This document shows, one piece after another, positions 10,536 through 24,197 of a stretch of 64,000 nt of DNA. The first letter of the stretch is position 1. Each line of letters begins with the position of its first letter. Origin of the DNA: Carcharhinus longimanus (Eukaryota). A program made the position numbers and the translations under genes. The stretch lies in NCBI GenBank assembly GCA_030264375.1, contig JASCQW010000105.1:44533234-44597233 (forward strand). The letters run 5' to 3'. Under the pieces are notes generated by a model that was not told the DNA's origin, made no database searches, and saw only the letters and a list, made by a program, of their open reading frames with translations.

Positions 10536-13500
10536 TGGTGGGTAAGGCCTCATTGTGACCCCAACCTTGGGGTTGTTCTTTATCTTAAACACTATCTCCA
10601 TTGAATTGATTCAAATATTTAATATTTAATTGCAGTCTAAGTAATCAAACCTTATTTTAATTTATCCAATTATTCATGTATATTTGATTGTCATTGTCTC
10701 ATAACCGTAAACAGAATTGTACTGATGACATGTTGCATGACCTTTGGCAAAATTACATTACGCATTAGGGAGAGAAATGCATTGATCATTTAATTACTAA
10801 CCAACTATATTCTGCAGCTATAAACTTTTATGACCAGCTGACTTGTATATTCCTCTTTCTGTGGTGTTTTCTGTGCTGCCCTATATTCTGCTGCAGTCTT
10901 CTTGGTCCATCAGAGAATTTTCACAATTGATCTTCACTATTTAGATCTGAATTAGAAAAATAATATTTCCTAACATTAATGGCAAAGGCTAACATTCCCC
11001 CCCACTTGTGTTTATCAAGAGAAAATGTCACACTTAAAATAGAAGTTCCTATGAATTTTATGGGAGCAGATTTAAAAAAAAATAGAAAAAATGGCAGCTA
11101 ACAGGACAGGACAAAATTCAAGTACATTGGATAATTTGACTATTTTACATTGTTGTGATTGATGTATTATGGGATTTTTGCATGGGTTGTACCCCATTTT
11201 ACATATATGTATTGCCTCTGTGCATCAAATGCCAGTCAAACTGCATGTTTTTCCAGAGTAGTGCATTTCATTTTATTAATTGGGATTCACACTTAAAGAT
11301 TGCACTCATTGTGTGATGCTTGACAAGGCTATAAATCCATAAAAATATTGTTCTTTGCTATTAGATCTTGTGTTTCCTAAATAGGTTTCCAATTCCAGAT
11401 ATTCCAATACTTAAATTTACTACACATTCCAGAAGATAAAATGTGCATTTTCTTATAACAGTGCTAACTTGTTTGGAAACTGTCTCTTGTGATATATTGC
11501 AAGGAAGCTGATTCACAATGCTGCCTTAACTTCAGGTCCTCACATCATTCCAAAGACACATTCATCATCACATGCAGCATGTATGAATGAATTAGTAAGA
11601 GCACTAATCTGAACAATGGGAAAGAGGGTGCTCTTCCTTTCACAGACAGGTCAACCTTTACTGAGTTAAGTTGCCCACCCATATGAAACTACCAGAAGTC
11701 AATGTGAGGCCTAAAATCTAAAATTATGTCTGTGCCTAAGAGAAAGCTAGTCACAAGTCAATCCATTTTGTTTCACCAGCCATTACCCTTCATTATCTCT
11801 GAAACCACCTGCACTTACTGATATGTAAAATTGGAACTGCCTGGCAGGGCTGCTAGTGACGAATGAACCAGTGCATGTTTTTACTATAATATGTGTTGTG
11901 GCACTTGCAATAGTATTCACTACATTATAGAAATATTGTAGTTACAACCTTCATTCACAGCGCTCTCATATTGAATTTTTGTACTTTTTCTTCAAATTTG
12001 GTCTACACTGCCATCTGAAAATATTTTGGCACAATTGTGTTCGGCAGCTGAGAATTGCTGATGATGATTAGAAAGTAAAATGTTACAGTTAGGCTTGATA
12101 GAACACTTAGGTTTTCTTTAATATAAGGTTGTTTTTGTGGTTTGAGCATGTTGGGGAAATGTACTAAAGCAGTCACATGACCAAACATTTTTAGCATATT
12201 CGGGTCTTTCCACTAACTCAAAGATGTCCTTAAGTAATTCCTTTCACTTTTATTCACATCAAAAAATGGCACTGAAATGCAAAGTGACATTAGAGAGTCA
12301 TAAACCCTGCGTTAAAGTGATCAAACAAATTAATTACAGATGTCAGTAAAACAAAACAATTCAAATTCCTAAGCATTTAATCTGTTACATTACATGAGAA
12401 AACATTTTTAATTAATACACATTGATTATATTCACAATAGATGCTTTTGCGATGAAAAGTTAATTTCAAATTCAATTATTTTGCCAAAAGAAATGGTTTA
12501 GTTGCAATACCTTCACATGGCTCTTACTATGCAATTGTGAATGTAATTGTAACATTAATCTGGCTGTAATTTCACTTTAACAATGTAAAGACCACGAAGT
12601 ACAAAAGTTTTTTTTAAAAATGTGCAGTGGGATAACAGCATTTAGCTAATGTGTGCAGCTTCTGAAATAATGGTTACTCTTGATTGTAACTTGTGTGCAG
12701 AACTAATTAGGGATCCTTATATTACCTCAAATAATGAACTTTTAATCTAAATGAGCATCTTTGTATAATGTGCCTTTCCACTTCATTGAAGTAAGCTCGA
12801 TCGCTCGTGTGCCACTTTCTGACAGCTGCTGCCATTGAAATCTTAAATTGTAGCAAAGTGCATTAGAAAAAGCTACCGTGTCACCTTCACAATTTACGCT
12901 AATTACACATAAAAATTAGTGATTTTCTAACCATATTTCAAAATGCATAAACATTAAACAAAGAGCATGCTGTGCAAGATAGTTTGTTACTCACAACCAA
13001 TATGTACATTGTGTAAATCTGTATTTTAATGACCATTCATCTTAAGCATTATTATTACAGATCCAAAGGTCTCCTCATTAAATATTGGTATCATACAGAG
13101 AGAATTTTAAATTATCAATGCATTAAAAGAGGCAGGAACTAGCAGTCCACTTCAAATTCTGATCTGCTTATCACCACTTAATAGAAGCAGAAAACTCTCT
13201 CGGCTTAGATTGAATACTTTCCCAACAGTGTGAACTTTACTTTGATGAAAAATAATAACTGAGGCTAGCAGTTTGGTTACAGTGATCTTAACTGTTAATG
13301 AATAAAATTAAAATCAAAGCACAACTCTCATTAAGGAAATTGAGAAGTAACTTTTTTTTAGTCATCAGTGACTTCAGTGCAAAAAAGACGATTGCTAAAA
13401 TATACCCCCATTTCTCTCCAAGCTAAACCATTGCCTGTTGGTGTTTGAATTTGCTGACCAATAATGCTAAGGCAACTTATTCAGAGAGTGACATTAAATA

Positions 13501-16500
13501 GTCAGAAATGCTCACTACATTATAGATATGACATTCTAAAGCAAATTCTTGATGGCCAGATTCTTTAATCTGAGAAGTGTTCCTTTTCTGACAACACAAA
13601 GATTGTGATGCAGTTCCTGCAAAGCTGTGCAAATTATCTTGACTGGCAACTAGCAATTAACAGCCAAGGGATTTAATTTTTTTCAGATTTACACAGGAAC
13701 ACATTCACTTTTAGTTTAGAACAACAAAAGCAGAAAATAAACTTCACTGCACAGGATGGATTTCTTTTTCAATAATGAGCAGCTGTTAAATTCTTGTATT
13801 AAGCACAAAACAGTCAATCTGTTTTTGGCTTTGTAAACTATAGGATGGAGATAACATCTGCGGAGGACTTCACAAAATATTACATTAAATTGAAAACTAA
13901 TTGAAAATAGATTAATTTTGTGTTAAGGTTGACCATACAGATAAATGCAACTCTCAGCAACTTTGGAAGTACTGTTGGGATTATTTCATCAGACATCATA
14001 GGTTAAATGTTGTGATAACTTTGTACTGTGACCTTCAATCTCCACATTTTTGTCAGGGCTGTGGGATAATGAAGCGAGAAAATACCACATTTAATCAAAG
14101 TGCAGCATAAAAACATAGATCCTTGTCCTGACCAAGTGATTTTTTTTAAAAAAATGGATATTGGAATATTAAAAAGCTGAAAAATATCTGTCTAAAATTC
14201 TCCTCCTCAATACTATTTGGCTAGAAGTTATTAAATTTAGTGCCCTTTAATATGATTACCATCATACTCTGAAATCATGCATTGTCTATGATGCACATTG
14301 GCAACCAATAGTTACCATCTAACATAGTAGTTGGATTTCTTGTAATTGTATGTTTCTAGTTTGTATTGACAACAAAAAGTTGTGAAATTATTTTTTGTTA
14401 CCAGTCCATTCTTTAAGCAAGATTGAACATAGATAATTCTTAATTAGTTAATGTCCTCCAGGTTGACTGTGATTATGTGCCATGATTACAACCAAAGCTG
14501 TTGCCATATTGTCCAGTTGCAAAACTGGAAAACTAGCCTGTCACTTTGAACATATTGTCAAACTTTTCGAAACTGTTCCACTTTTCTATTGCATCTATAA
14601 CTAAACATGATTGTTTTATGTAGCACTTGTCAGCATTTTGAACCACGTGTATTAAAATGCAATGAGCCTTCTGGAAAAAAAAACCCTATGTAGGCCAGCA
14701 AAGGGTTACTGTCTAATTAACTTTCTATAAGAAATGTAGAAATTTTAAGTTAAAAGTCTTGAAGGCACAACACAGTCTGCTTTTCTTATATCAGTAACAT
14801 AGGTAAGTATTGAAAGCTTTGTTGATCTTAGTACAGATAGGTTTTTTGATTATAATGGCAAGCTTATTGTACTTCAGCATGTGGGCAGACATCACTAAAT
14901 CACCAGATCTGTTTTATACATACCACCAAAAGCTTTCACTTTAAGCAATCACTTGCATTTCAGTATGTGTCAGACCTTCAGTAAGATGGCATTTATTTTG
15001 TTGTATCCTTGGTGAAATAATGTCATCTACTTGAATATTTTCAGTGCTTACTGTTATTCAGTCTTGCTTCAGAGAGGATGGTTGTTCCTAATATCAGAAG
15101 TGAATAGCTTTTGTTTGATTGTTCTGCAAGGTCTCTTGCTGAAGACTGTTGTTTACTAATTAGATTTGATAGGGGATTGAATTAGCGGGAATTTCAGCTT
15201 GTTTTAATAATGATTCTTGCCCGAAAGTAAAAGCATTTAATACATACACTGGTACGGTGTGATTTCATATATCACACCAAACAACAACATGGCTATTTAA
15301 AAAGGATGTTTTTAACCTACTGTTTTTAAGATGAACACAAACCACAGGAAACGTTTAATATTGTTCTTGAAATGACTTTTTATAATGCTGTATCAATATT
15401 CTCCTAATTATCAATGTGAGCATGTTATGCCTTGCCATTTGACAGACTGCAAGCTTTTGCCATACCAAAAACTACTGCATTTGATGTCTTCTTAGAATGA
15501 TATAGTTACAGAGCTAGCAAGAACTAAATACAAAAGAAACCTGTATTATTAAGTGACTACTTTCCAATTTTAATCATGTGGTCTCTTAATCCTCACCAAG
15601 ATTGAATCTTTTTCATGGTTAGATGACTAGAAGTGGGTGTATTTTGTAGCACATATATTTCTATTAGTCTAAGTAGCAATTTTCAGGTTTTACTCATCAA
15701 AACAGAGCAAAGGGGACCACTACAGTTATAATAGTGTGCAGCCATTAACCATATTAGTATGTGATTGCTTAATAAAGGCTTCACTCGCCATACATGTGGA
15801 AAAAGTAGTGGGATTGGTGAAACAGGCCACTGAATGCAGGTGACTGCTTAACAGAAAAAACTACTTGTTGGGGAGGGGGGTTTTAAAATGGGGACACATG
15901 CAGGCCTGTTTTAACTGAGTTTAGAACTCTTGGTCACTATCTTTTTTAACTGTGCTAAGGGAGTGTCCAGATTCTTTATGCATGCTGGTCATAGGTTTCA
16001 AATTGTACTAATGTTGTATTTGCTGGAGCTGTACTTTTGACTTGGAACTAATTGATGCTTGGGCTAAAAAATTTTTTAAAGGCTGCATGTATATTTCCAA
16101 CTATCTTGCCAGAAAATGAAACTCCAGTAGACAAAACCTGTTGGCAGTGCAATTGCAATGGTTCATTTTTCAATGTTGCCCTTCTTATGGATATGACAGG
16201 TCTGAAGCAATTAAATGACAGGTGGAAGCCATCATTAGCCACCTTATATGTCAAATAGTCAATTTTACCTTGTCTCTGTAATTGTGTTTCATAGGATGTC
16301 GTCATATTGCACTGGAACACTTGGTATTTCAAATCCATTGCAATATGGTGCCAATTAGGCTTCAAAGATATGCAAATCGAAGTACAGTGAATGGTAGTTC
16401 ATGAATATAATGAAAAGAAAGTCTGAGTGCCCTGGGTTTTGGTAAATCTAATTGAGCATCATGAATATCAATCCCAATCATGCACGAGCATGAAATCGCA

Positions 16501-17431
16501 GACAAAGTACAACTGTGTTTTAAATGTTGACCATCCTCCGAGCACGAAGTTTGTAGTTGGAAGCATACATTTCTTTCAGCCTTACAATGCATTTTTTGAT
16601 TGCCTTCCTGCCTACTTGATTGGCCACTGCCTTACGCAATCCTGATCTACTTGCTTGGTGCTGTTGAGTCCTTGTGATGTTCTGTAGTGCTTGATTGCTG
16701 GTATTTTTGTACTGGTAAATTATTTTTACTCAGCAGTAATGATATTCTGAATTTGTGAGTGTGTGTAATTGGTGTGGCATCTAAGATGGCTGATGCAGAA
16801 TGTGGCCTGCCTTTTTTCACAAAATGTCAGAGAGACAGTGGGGAGAATGAAAAAAAATAAAAGTCACCAGTCTTCACAAAACTCAAGTCTTTGGTGTTTC
16901 CTTTTCATTATGACTCCTTAGTAGTTTATTTAAGAGTGCTTGAGTGCTATAAGAGTATATATTGATCAGCAAAAAGGTATATTTGTGTCAGTAAAATCCA
17001 TTTAACTTCTGTTTAAATTACCCTTTATTTCTGTCGCATGATGAAAAGCTGAGCAAACTATGGAGTTGATTATGGGACTATCAGCAATAGCAGATCCACA
17101 AAGCTAAACTTTGTATAATGGAAGCTAAACTTGTACGAGACTCTTTGCCCCTTGCCCTTTCAACTAAATTAACATTCTTCCTGCCAGAGCTCCAGATACC
17201 AAGTCAACTGATCTGGTCAGTTTGTCAACATTTCAAAAGAAAATCCAAAGTTATCAATGTGGCATAATTAAATCAGTTGGAACATAGGACTGAAGTTTAT
17301 TAGAAAAAAAAGTCAAATGCTGCTGTTTGTGCAAGAATTTTAAGGAAAAAAAGCTTGATGATTTTTGAGACTTCTAAAAACAGTGCATTTTTGTTCAACA
17401 TTTGTACTGTCACGCCCATCCTTTTCTCCTT

Positions 17432-17846
17432 AAAGAAACAAAGAAAATTACAGCACAGGAACAGGGCCTTCAGCCCTCCAAGCCTGCACTGACCATGCTG
17501 CCCAACTTAACTAAAACCCCCTACCCTTCTGGGGCCCATATCCCTCTATTCCCATCTTCATGTATTTGTCAAGATGTCCCTTAAAAGTCACTACTCTATC
17601 TGCTTATGCTGTCTCCCCTGGCAACAAGCTCCAGACACCCACCACTCTGTGTAAAATAAAAAATCTGCCTTGTACATCTCCTTTTAAACCTTGCCCCTCG
17701 CACCTTATATCTGTGTGCTGTAGTAATTGACTCTCTGGGTCTGGGAGCCCAGAGCCTGAAAAAAGCTGACTATCCACTCTGTCCATGCCTCTCATCTTGT
17801 AGATTTCTATCAGGTCGCCCATCAACCTCTATTGTTCCAGTGAGAA
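17432..17846 (-). mobile_element. HER1/CR1 LINE 3' end
   Basis: aaagaaacaaagaaaattacagcacaggaacagggccttcagccc tail. Minus-strand translation GDLIEIYKMRGMDRVDSQ...RFF..RVVGVWSLLP. Confidence 0.9.
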
Positions 17847-18420
17847 CTTTCTGGAATATCCAAACTGCTGTATGTAAATATTCTGTCACTACGTGTGTGG
17901 GATTGCTAATGATTCCTCAGAATAAGGAGAGGGATTGCAGTGACGATGAATGTAAGTGCTATTGCATCTGAAAATAAATCTGATAAAATGACTTCTTCAC
18001 AACAGTGTAGGTGTCAGCCAAAGTCTTTTGAGACACTTATAAAATTGCTTCGAAGTACAACTGTTCAGGAATTTTAAACTTGAAATGCCAGAGAACAAAC
18101 ATTAGCACAAGACGGGCATTAGAAATCGAAACACTCAGCCAAAAATAGTGCCAAACCAATTCTTTTTAAATATTATATTTTGATTATCATTTGCAACAAA
18201 ACACTCATTCTTTGAAGGAATTGGCTCTCCCTTGATTATGTATGCCTCTCTGTGGCGTAGCTATGGGTAAGTTAATGCTTTGGCATAATCAATGGGAGAA
18301 CTTATCAATCTAATCAATAAACTTCACAATTCATGCTCTTTGTTGCTTACATTGCAGAAATGATCCATTTTTTGAATCACATTGGGAGGTAATAACACAT
18401 TTTGAGAGTTTGAATATTAT

Positions 18421-19122
18421 GGCTGGGATTCTCCTTGAAATATTCCAATTTGCAGGAAAATGGAAGTAACTTCTGCTGTTTTGATTTTTAGGCGTTATTT
18501 CCAGAGTGAATCTCTGACACTGTGCATCACGGAGTGCCCTAGCAGCATTCTCCCTGAAAATCTCTGGGTGGGGCCTATTCTTAACCGAGATGCTGGCAGT
18601 GTCGCATTGAGTAGGCCACAGTGCACGTGCCGATCAGCGCGGAGATTGGCACGTGTAGTGGCCCTGCATTGCTGGCTGATCACTGGTCAGCCCTGCAACC
18701 TCCCCCATTGCTGGACTTGCAGACCCCTTTGTGCCCAGATCGCTGACCTCCCCAAGCCAGCACCTGATCTCCACAATTTTTACCTTCCCCCCACCCCACC
18801 AGCCCCAAAACCCACCCAGATGGCCTCTCACCGCCCGCTACCTACAATCCTGATTGCGGAGTGGCAGCAGGACCCTACCCTCAGTGATCACCCACCCAAT
18901 TGGCCCTGCCTCCAATAACCCCACCCTCGGTTAGTCCTGAGCCCACTAATGAAATTTAAATTCCAATTTCCATATGGTAATCAGTTCCAATTTCTGGCAT
19001 GGAGCTGATTACTCTGGAAACGTTAGTCGCAAGACTCACGGAGGCCATGGCACCAGTAGGAAGCCTGCGAAATGGCCTCAGCTGATGTCTTCCCAGCCCA
19101 CAGCAGGCAGGGTGATTCTCCC
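18421..19122. mobile_element. Non-autonomous Harbinger-like element, decayed
   Basis: Starts ggctgggattctcc. Its first ~260 bp are colinear with the elements starting at 50388 and 51238; the latter has perfect TIRs. Confidence 0.6.
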
Positions 19123-19724
19123 TATCTACATGGGAACTGAGAAAATGATCAGAAGCTGATATACAGCGTCATAAAAATTGACACAACCCAAAAGGATGAC
19201 AACTCATAAACTTCCCTCATCGTTCCCAGACACATCGTGAAAAAAAGAGATTGAAATTCTGTGGGGATTCTGTCCTTCTCCACTGTCATCAATTCATTGG
19301 GTGAAGGTCCTAGAGAAATGCTATAAATAAGAACACAACAAATTAAGGCACAGGAGCACAGTTGGCCATTTTGTCCACTCAATCATTCGGTTTGATCACG
19401 TGAACATTTACATTAGCTCCACTTTTCTGCTCTATTCCCCATATCTCATGACATCCTTAATATTTGAATTCAAACTTGAAAGTACTCAATAAGTGAAATT
19501 CTCTGCCCCAGGGAATGGATATTCAAAACTGCACAACCCAATGAATGAAGAACTTTCCCCTTATCTCATTCCTAAATGTTNNNNNNNNNNNNNNNNNNNN
19601 NNNNNNNNNNNNNNNNNNNNNNNNNNNNNNNNNNNNNNNNNNNNNNNNNNNNNNNGATCCATTGACCTCAGGCAGGACTTTTGGAACGAACAAGGCAGCT
19701 GCCCTGCGTCCAAGACGTTTATTG

Positions 19725-20588
19725 AGTCATAGAGGTATACAGCATGGAAATAGGCTCTTCAGCCCAACTTGTGCATGCCACTTTTTTTTAAACCATTTAC
19801 TTAGTCCCAATTGTCCTTATTTGACCCATATCCCTCTATATCCATCTTATCAATTGTAAAAGTCTAAATAAACGTCTAAATGCTTTTTAAAAGACAAAAT
19901 GTACCTGCTTCTACTACCACCTCTGGCAGCTTGTTCCAGACACACTCCACCTTCTGAGTGAAAACATTGCCCTCCTGGACCTTTAATATCCTTTCTAAAG
20001 TAGGGTGACCAGAACTGTACACAGTATTCCAAGTGTGGCCTTATCAATGTCTTGTACTACTTCAACAAGATGTAGTCCTGTATTCAATGTTCTGACCGTT
20101 GAAACCAAGCATACCAAATGTCGTCTTCACCATTCTGTCCATCTGTGACTCCACTTTCAAGGAGCTGTGAACCTGTATCCCGAGATCTTTGTTCTATAAC
20201 TCTCCCCAATACCCTACCATTAACTGAGTAAGTCCTACCCTGGGTTGATTTACCAAAATGCATCATCTTGCACTTACCTAAATTAAACTCCATCTACCAT
20301 TCATTAGCCCACCAGCCCAGTTGATCAAGGTCCCATTGCAATCCTAGATAACCTTCTTCATTATTCACTATGTCACCAATCTTGGTGTCATCTACAAACT
20401 TATTAACCATGCCTCATAAATTCTCATCCAAATGGTTAACATAAATGACAAATAACAGACCCAGTACAAATCCCTGAGGTGCATTGCTACAACTACTCTG
20501 TCTCTTGTCATCAAGCCAATTTTGTATCCATTTGGCTGCCTTATCCTGAATCCCCTGAGATTTAACCTTACACAACAATCTACCTTGT
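19725..20588 (-). mobile_element. HER1/CR1 LINE fragment with internal deletions
   Basis: ORFs [20 protein letters not shown] and MEFNLGKCKMMHFGKSTQGRTYSVNG. Tail gagtcatagaggtatacagcatggaaataggc. Confidence 0.92.
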
Positions 20589-21339
20589 CGAGTCCTGGAC
20601 TCTACGGTCAGGAAAATAGCTTTTCTGCATGCATCCTGCCAAACTCATTATTACAGGAGTGTTTTTCTGCTGCAGCCAGGTTTGCTGCTGGGCTGTTGAA
20701 TCAGGCACGTGGGCCAAAACTGGATTCTTGCTGGGCATCAAACCCATTGCATGTCTCCTTGCTTGCTGTGCAGGTCCCGATCAGATTCCTGTCCAGAACA
20801 AGCACGACCCTGTCATTTCAATAAGAGGCTGGCTTCTTGAGCCTCCAGTTATGCTCCTGCCTCTGTAATGAGAAGGCTGGTAGGCACCAAATAGTGCAGT
20901 TCTAATAACTGTTGGTCTGTCACCTTGGACTCGCAAGGCGGTGATGGTGAAAATTATATGCTGTCCTCCTCCACTGTTGCAAGGCTGCAGAATGATGGTA
21001 CCCCAAGGGACCTGGGAGTTGGGTGGGCTTGGGCTGATGAGAAGGTGGTTGACCTCAGAACATCCCCGGAATGGGCAACCTGTGGCTGGATTGATCTTTC
21101 AAGCCCTGGGAAATGTACAGGTGACTCTTAGCTTGGTGATCTCGGGCAGCTTTCAGTTAAAAATCTTCACTCTTGTCTACATACAATGAAACCTTTGAAT
21201 TGGCCTGGTCATTTTAATATTCATGCCCTCTAGATACGTAGACTCACAGCAGCATTCTATTCTATAGAAGGGGTTGCCCTTGTTCCCTCTCCAAAGTCCC
21301 AGATATTTAAGTCCCCTGAAGGACAGGAGGTATCAGTTT

Positions 21340-21638
21340 CTTGAGTAGGAGGCCAGTTGGCTCGTCAAACTTGCACCAACAACAATCCCACTCAGGCCCT
21401 AACCCAGTAACCCCACATATTTATCTTTCTAATTCCCCCAACACTAAGGGACAATTTTTTTAGCATAGCCAATTAACATAACCCCGCATTTTGGAGTGTG
21501 GAAGGAAACCAAATCACCCAGGGGAAACACTTGCAGACATGGGTAGAATGTGCAAACTCCACACAGTCACCCAAGTCTGGAATTGAACCCAGATCCCTAG
21601 CACTGTAAGGCAGCAGTGCTAACCGCTGTTACCGTGCC
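21340..21638 (-). mobile_element. HE1-type V-SINE
   Basis: Reverse complement of the SINE head and V-domain: gtgcaaactccacacagtcacccaag...ggaattgaaccc...ggcagcagtgctaacc. Confidence 0.9.
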
Positions 21639-21784
21639 AAACATTTAGCAAGGCTCTCACCTACAATAGCATGGAAATAGTTTGTGCAACTCCACTTTCC
21701 ACATCATCTGAAGGTCAAGAACAGAGGCCACACCATCACCAACTAAGGAAACACCATTTTAAGTTAAGTATTGTGTAATATGGC

Positions 21785-22095
21785 AGGATTAATTAGTAAT
21801 CTCATGATGAGCGATCATCTGGAAAAAAACTGATAACACAGCTGAAATCCATGTGAAGTTTGAAAATGACATACTCAAGTTCAAAACACAAATCTTAAAC
21901 TTAAGTAAAGCCAATTGCGCAGGTATGAAGATGGAGCTAGTTATGTTTGACTGGGTAAAGTGAACAAAATTTATTGTTGTAAACAGTAAGTAGGAAATAT
22001 TTAAAAACATAATTCAATATTTTCAAAAAAAAGTTCCATTAAAAATAAACACCACAAAAAATATATATCTGTGGCTTACTAGGGAAATTAAACAT
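21785..22095 (+). mobile_element. CR1 ORF2 endonuclease/linker fragment
   Basis: Translates to GLISNL..DHL...ILNLSKANCAGMKMELVMFDW and later LWLTREIK, typical CR1 linker motifs. Confidence 0.65.
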
Positions 22096-22109
22096 CAAAT
22101 TACATTTTT

Positions 22110-22463
22110 TTACATTTATTCAGTCATTGGAAGTGGTATGCTGGCTAGGCCAACATTTATTGCCATCCCTAATTGCTCTTGAGAAGTAGGCGGTGGTGAG
22201 CTGACTTCTTGAACCACTGCAATCCGTACGTTGTAGGTACTTTCACAGTGCTATTGCGGAGGAAGTTCCAGGATTTTAACCCAGAGGCCTTTGGAGGGGA
22301 ACTTGCAGGTGGTGATGATGTTCCCATATATCTTCTGCCCTTGTCCTTCCCAATGGTAGAGGTCATAGGTTTGGAAGATGCTGTTGAAGGAGCCTTGGTG
22401 GGTTCTTGCAGTACATCTTGTAGATGATGCACACTGCTCCTAGTGTGTGTCAGCGGTGGAGGC
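22110..22463 (-). mobile_element. CR1-group (Crack/Daphne-like) LINE 3' end
   Basis: Reverse complement of the family at 48350-49080 (gccatccctaattgctcttgagaag...tcttgaaccactgcaatcc). Confidence 0.8.
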
Positions 22464-22489
22464 AAATTGCAGAAGGTTTGAGAATTGGG

Positions 22490-23700
22490 AGTGTTAATTT
22501 TCTGGTTCCATCGGCAGCAGACATTATGGCAGATGGGACAGAAAAATACAGATTATAACTAACACTCAGTATCCCACTGACGTAAAAATGGAACAAAATT
22601 TTCCGTTCCCGGGTTTCGTGTCAGGGACCATATTTGCATTGATTTGAATATCATGAATCATGAATACTTATTAAAAAGATCACCAGAATTACGCCTGAAC
22701 TCCAGGTCAAATGGCCACGCAGGCAGCAAATTAGACTGGCTGATTCACAAGTGGATATGAATGATGTGCACCTGGCAACCATGACTTCACTCCTTTCCTT
22801 GAGACATGTTGTCGTACCTTTCATTGCACTGAATTCAGTGTTCTGCACCAAGACTGCTCAGGCAAGTCCAGCAGAAACTCAATTAGGGGTCAGAGCCGAG
22901 GCTTACCATGCCAGACAAGGGGGAAAGCAGGTTGGGTGGAAGGTGCTGGAGACAAAGGCTTAACTGGGAATGGGGTTGGGTGGGTTCTGAGAGAAGACAG
23001 AGGCAGGGAAGGGCTAGTGAATGAAGGCTTGGTGAGGGGCAGGGGTGCTGTGTCTAGACATGTCTAAATAGAGGCAAGAGAAGAATCTGGAGGGTAAAGT
23101 CTTGACTGAGGAATGATCAACAGAAGAAGGGAGCACAGAGACACATAATTGCAGGCAGGGGTGAAATAAATTGGCTCCAGAAAACAAAGGCGTTCCTGGG
23201 CAATAGAGCAATGGATAGTTGGGGTCAGAAAATGTAGACAGTCCTGTGGATCTGCACCAAAATTTATCAATCTGTGCTTGGCTCATCTTTCCCAGTCCCA
23301 GTCCAAGAAGGGGGACAGCCTGTCAGACCTCTGCCAGCCATCCCAGCCTGGTGGGCAGGGCAAGGCCAGTTCCTCATATGCATTGGTCCTGGGGGTTGAT
23401 GGCTTGATACTGGGCTGCTGATGGCACAATCATAGTCAAGACAGTTACCTGCAGCCTGTAGATGGGGAACTGATAATGTGGACAAGATCTTGAGCACATA
23501 TTCTCTGTGTGTGAGATCGCTGCAGAAAGCTCAAACTCTGCTGAAAACTGGAAATTGCAAATCTGACATTATGAACATTGGCACACACCCATGATGGGAG
23601 TGAACTTGATTTTAATACATGTCAATGAATTTAAATACACTTCCACCAAATTATCCCCATCACTAAATTTTCATACCTCACATAGAATCTCTCCTGTGCC
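22490..23700. mobile_element. Decayed non-autonomous Harbinger-like DNA transposon sequence
   Basis: Subterminal-type segments (catatttgcattgatttgaatatcat; gatttaatacatgtcaatgaatttaaatac) and a purine-rich interior resemble other copies in the window. No clean TIR pair was found. Confidence 0.4.
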
Positions 23701-23789
23701 ATTTGGCTCATCGAGTCTGCATCGATTCCTCAAAAGAACATTTTACCCAAGCCTCATCTCTCTGCCCGATTTCCATAACCCTATGCATC

Positions 23790-23981
23790 AACATAACTGA
23801 CATGTCATTGGACGCTAAGGGGCAATTAAGCATGGCCAATACGCCGAACCTGCATGTCTTTGGCATGTGGGAGGAAATGAGCATTCAGAGGAAATCCACA
23901 CAAAATCACGGAGAAGGTGCATCTCAACACAGACAGTCAACCAAGGTAGGAATTGGACTGGATCCCTGGCACTGTGAGGCA
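23790..23981 (-). mobile_element. HE1-type V-SINE, truncated by a gap
   Basis: gacgctaaggggcaattaagcatggccaat...ggatccctggcactgtgaggca. Confidence 0.85.
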
Positions 23982-24197
23982 NNNNNNNNNNNNNNNNNNN
24001 NNNNNNNNNNNCCTCTTGGGGTACAAAGGTCAGTATAACCCCCAGGGAAAGGGTATAGCCAGGCAGTGCTCTGACACTGCCTCTTGGCACAGTCTGCCAC
24101 AGCTGGGTTGCCTATGACAACCTTGCAGTGTCAATTTGTACTGGGGACAGTCCCATGGGGTATGGCCTAAGGGGAGCCTCATGTGAAGGGAATCATC

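Noticed and set aside
15256-15278. Small hairpin GGTGTGAT-ttcatat-ATCACACC
   Set aside because: An 8-bp stem is too short for a pre-miRNA and is expected by chance in 64 kb.
18460-18918. 152-aa Pro-rich ORF, and similar ORFs at 37251, 39801, 50586-50923 and 51861-52402
   Set aside because: GC-rich interiors of non-autonomous DNA transposons are naturally stop-poor.
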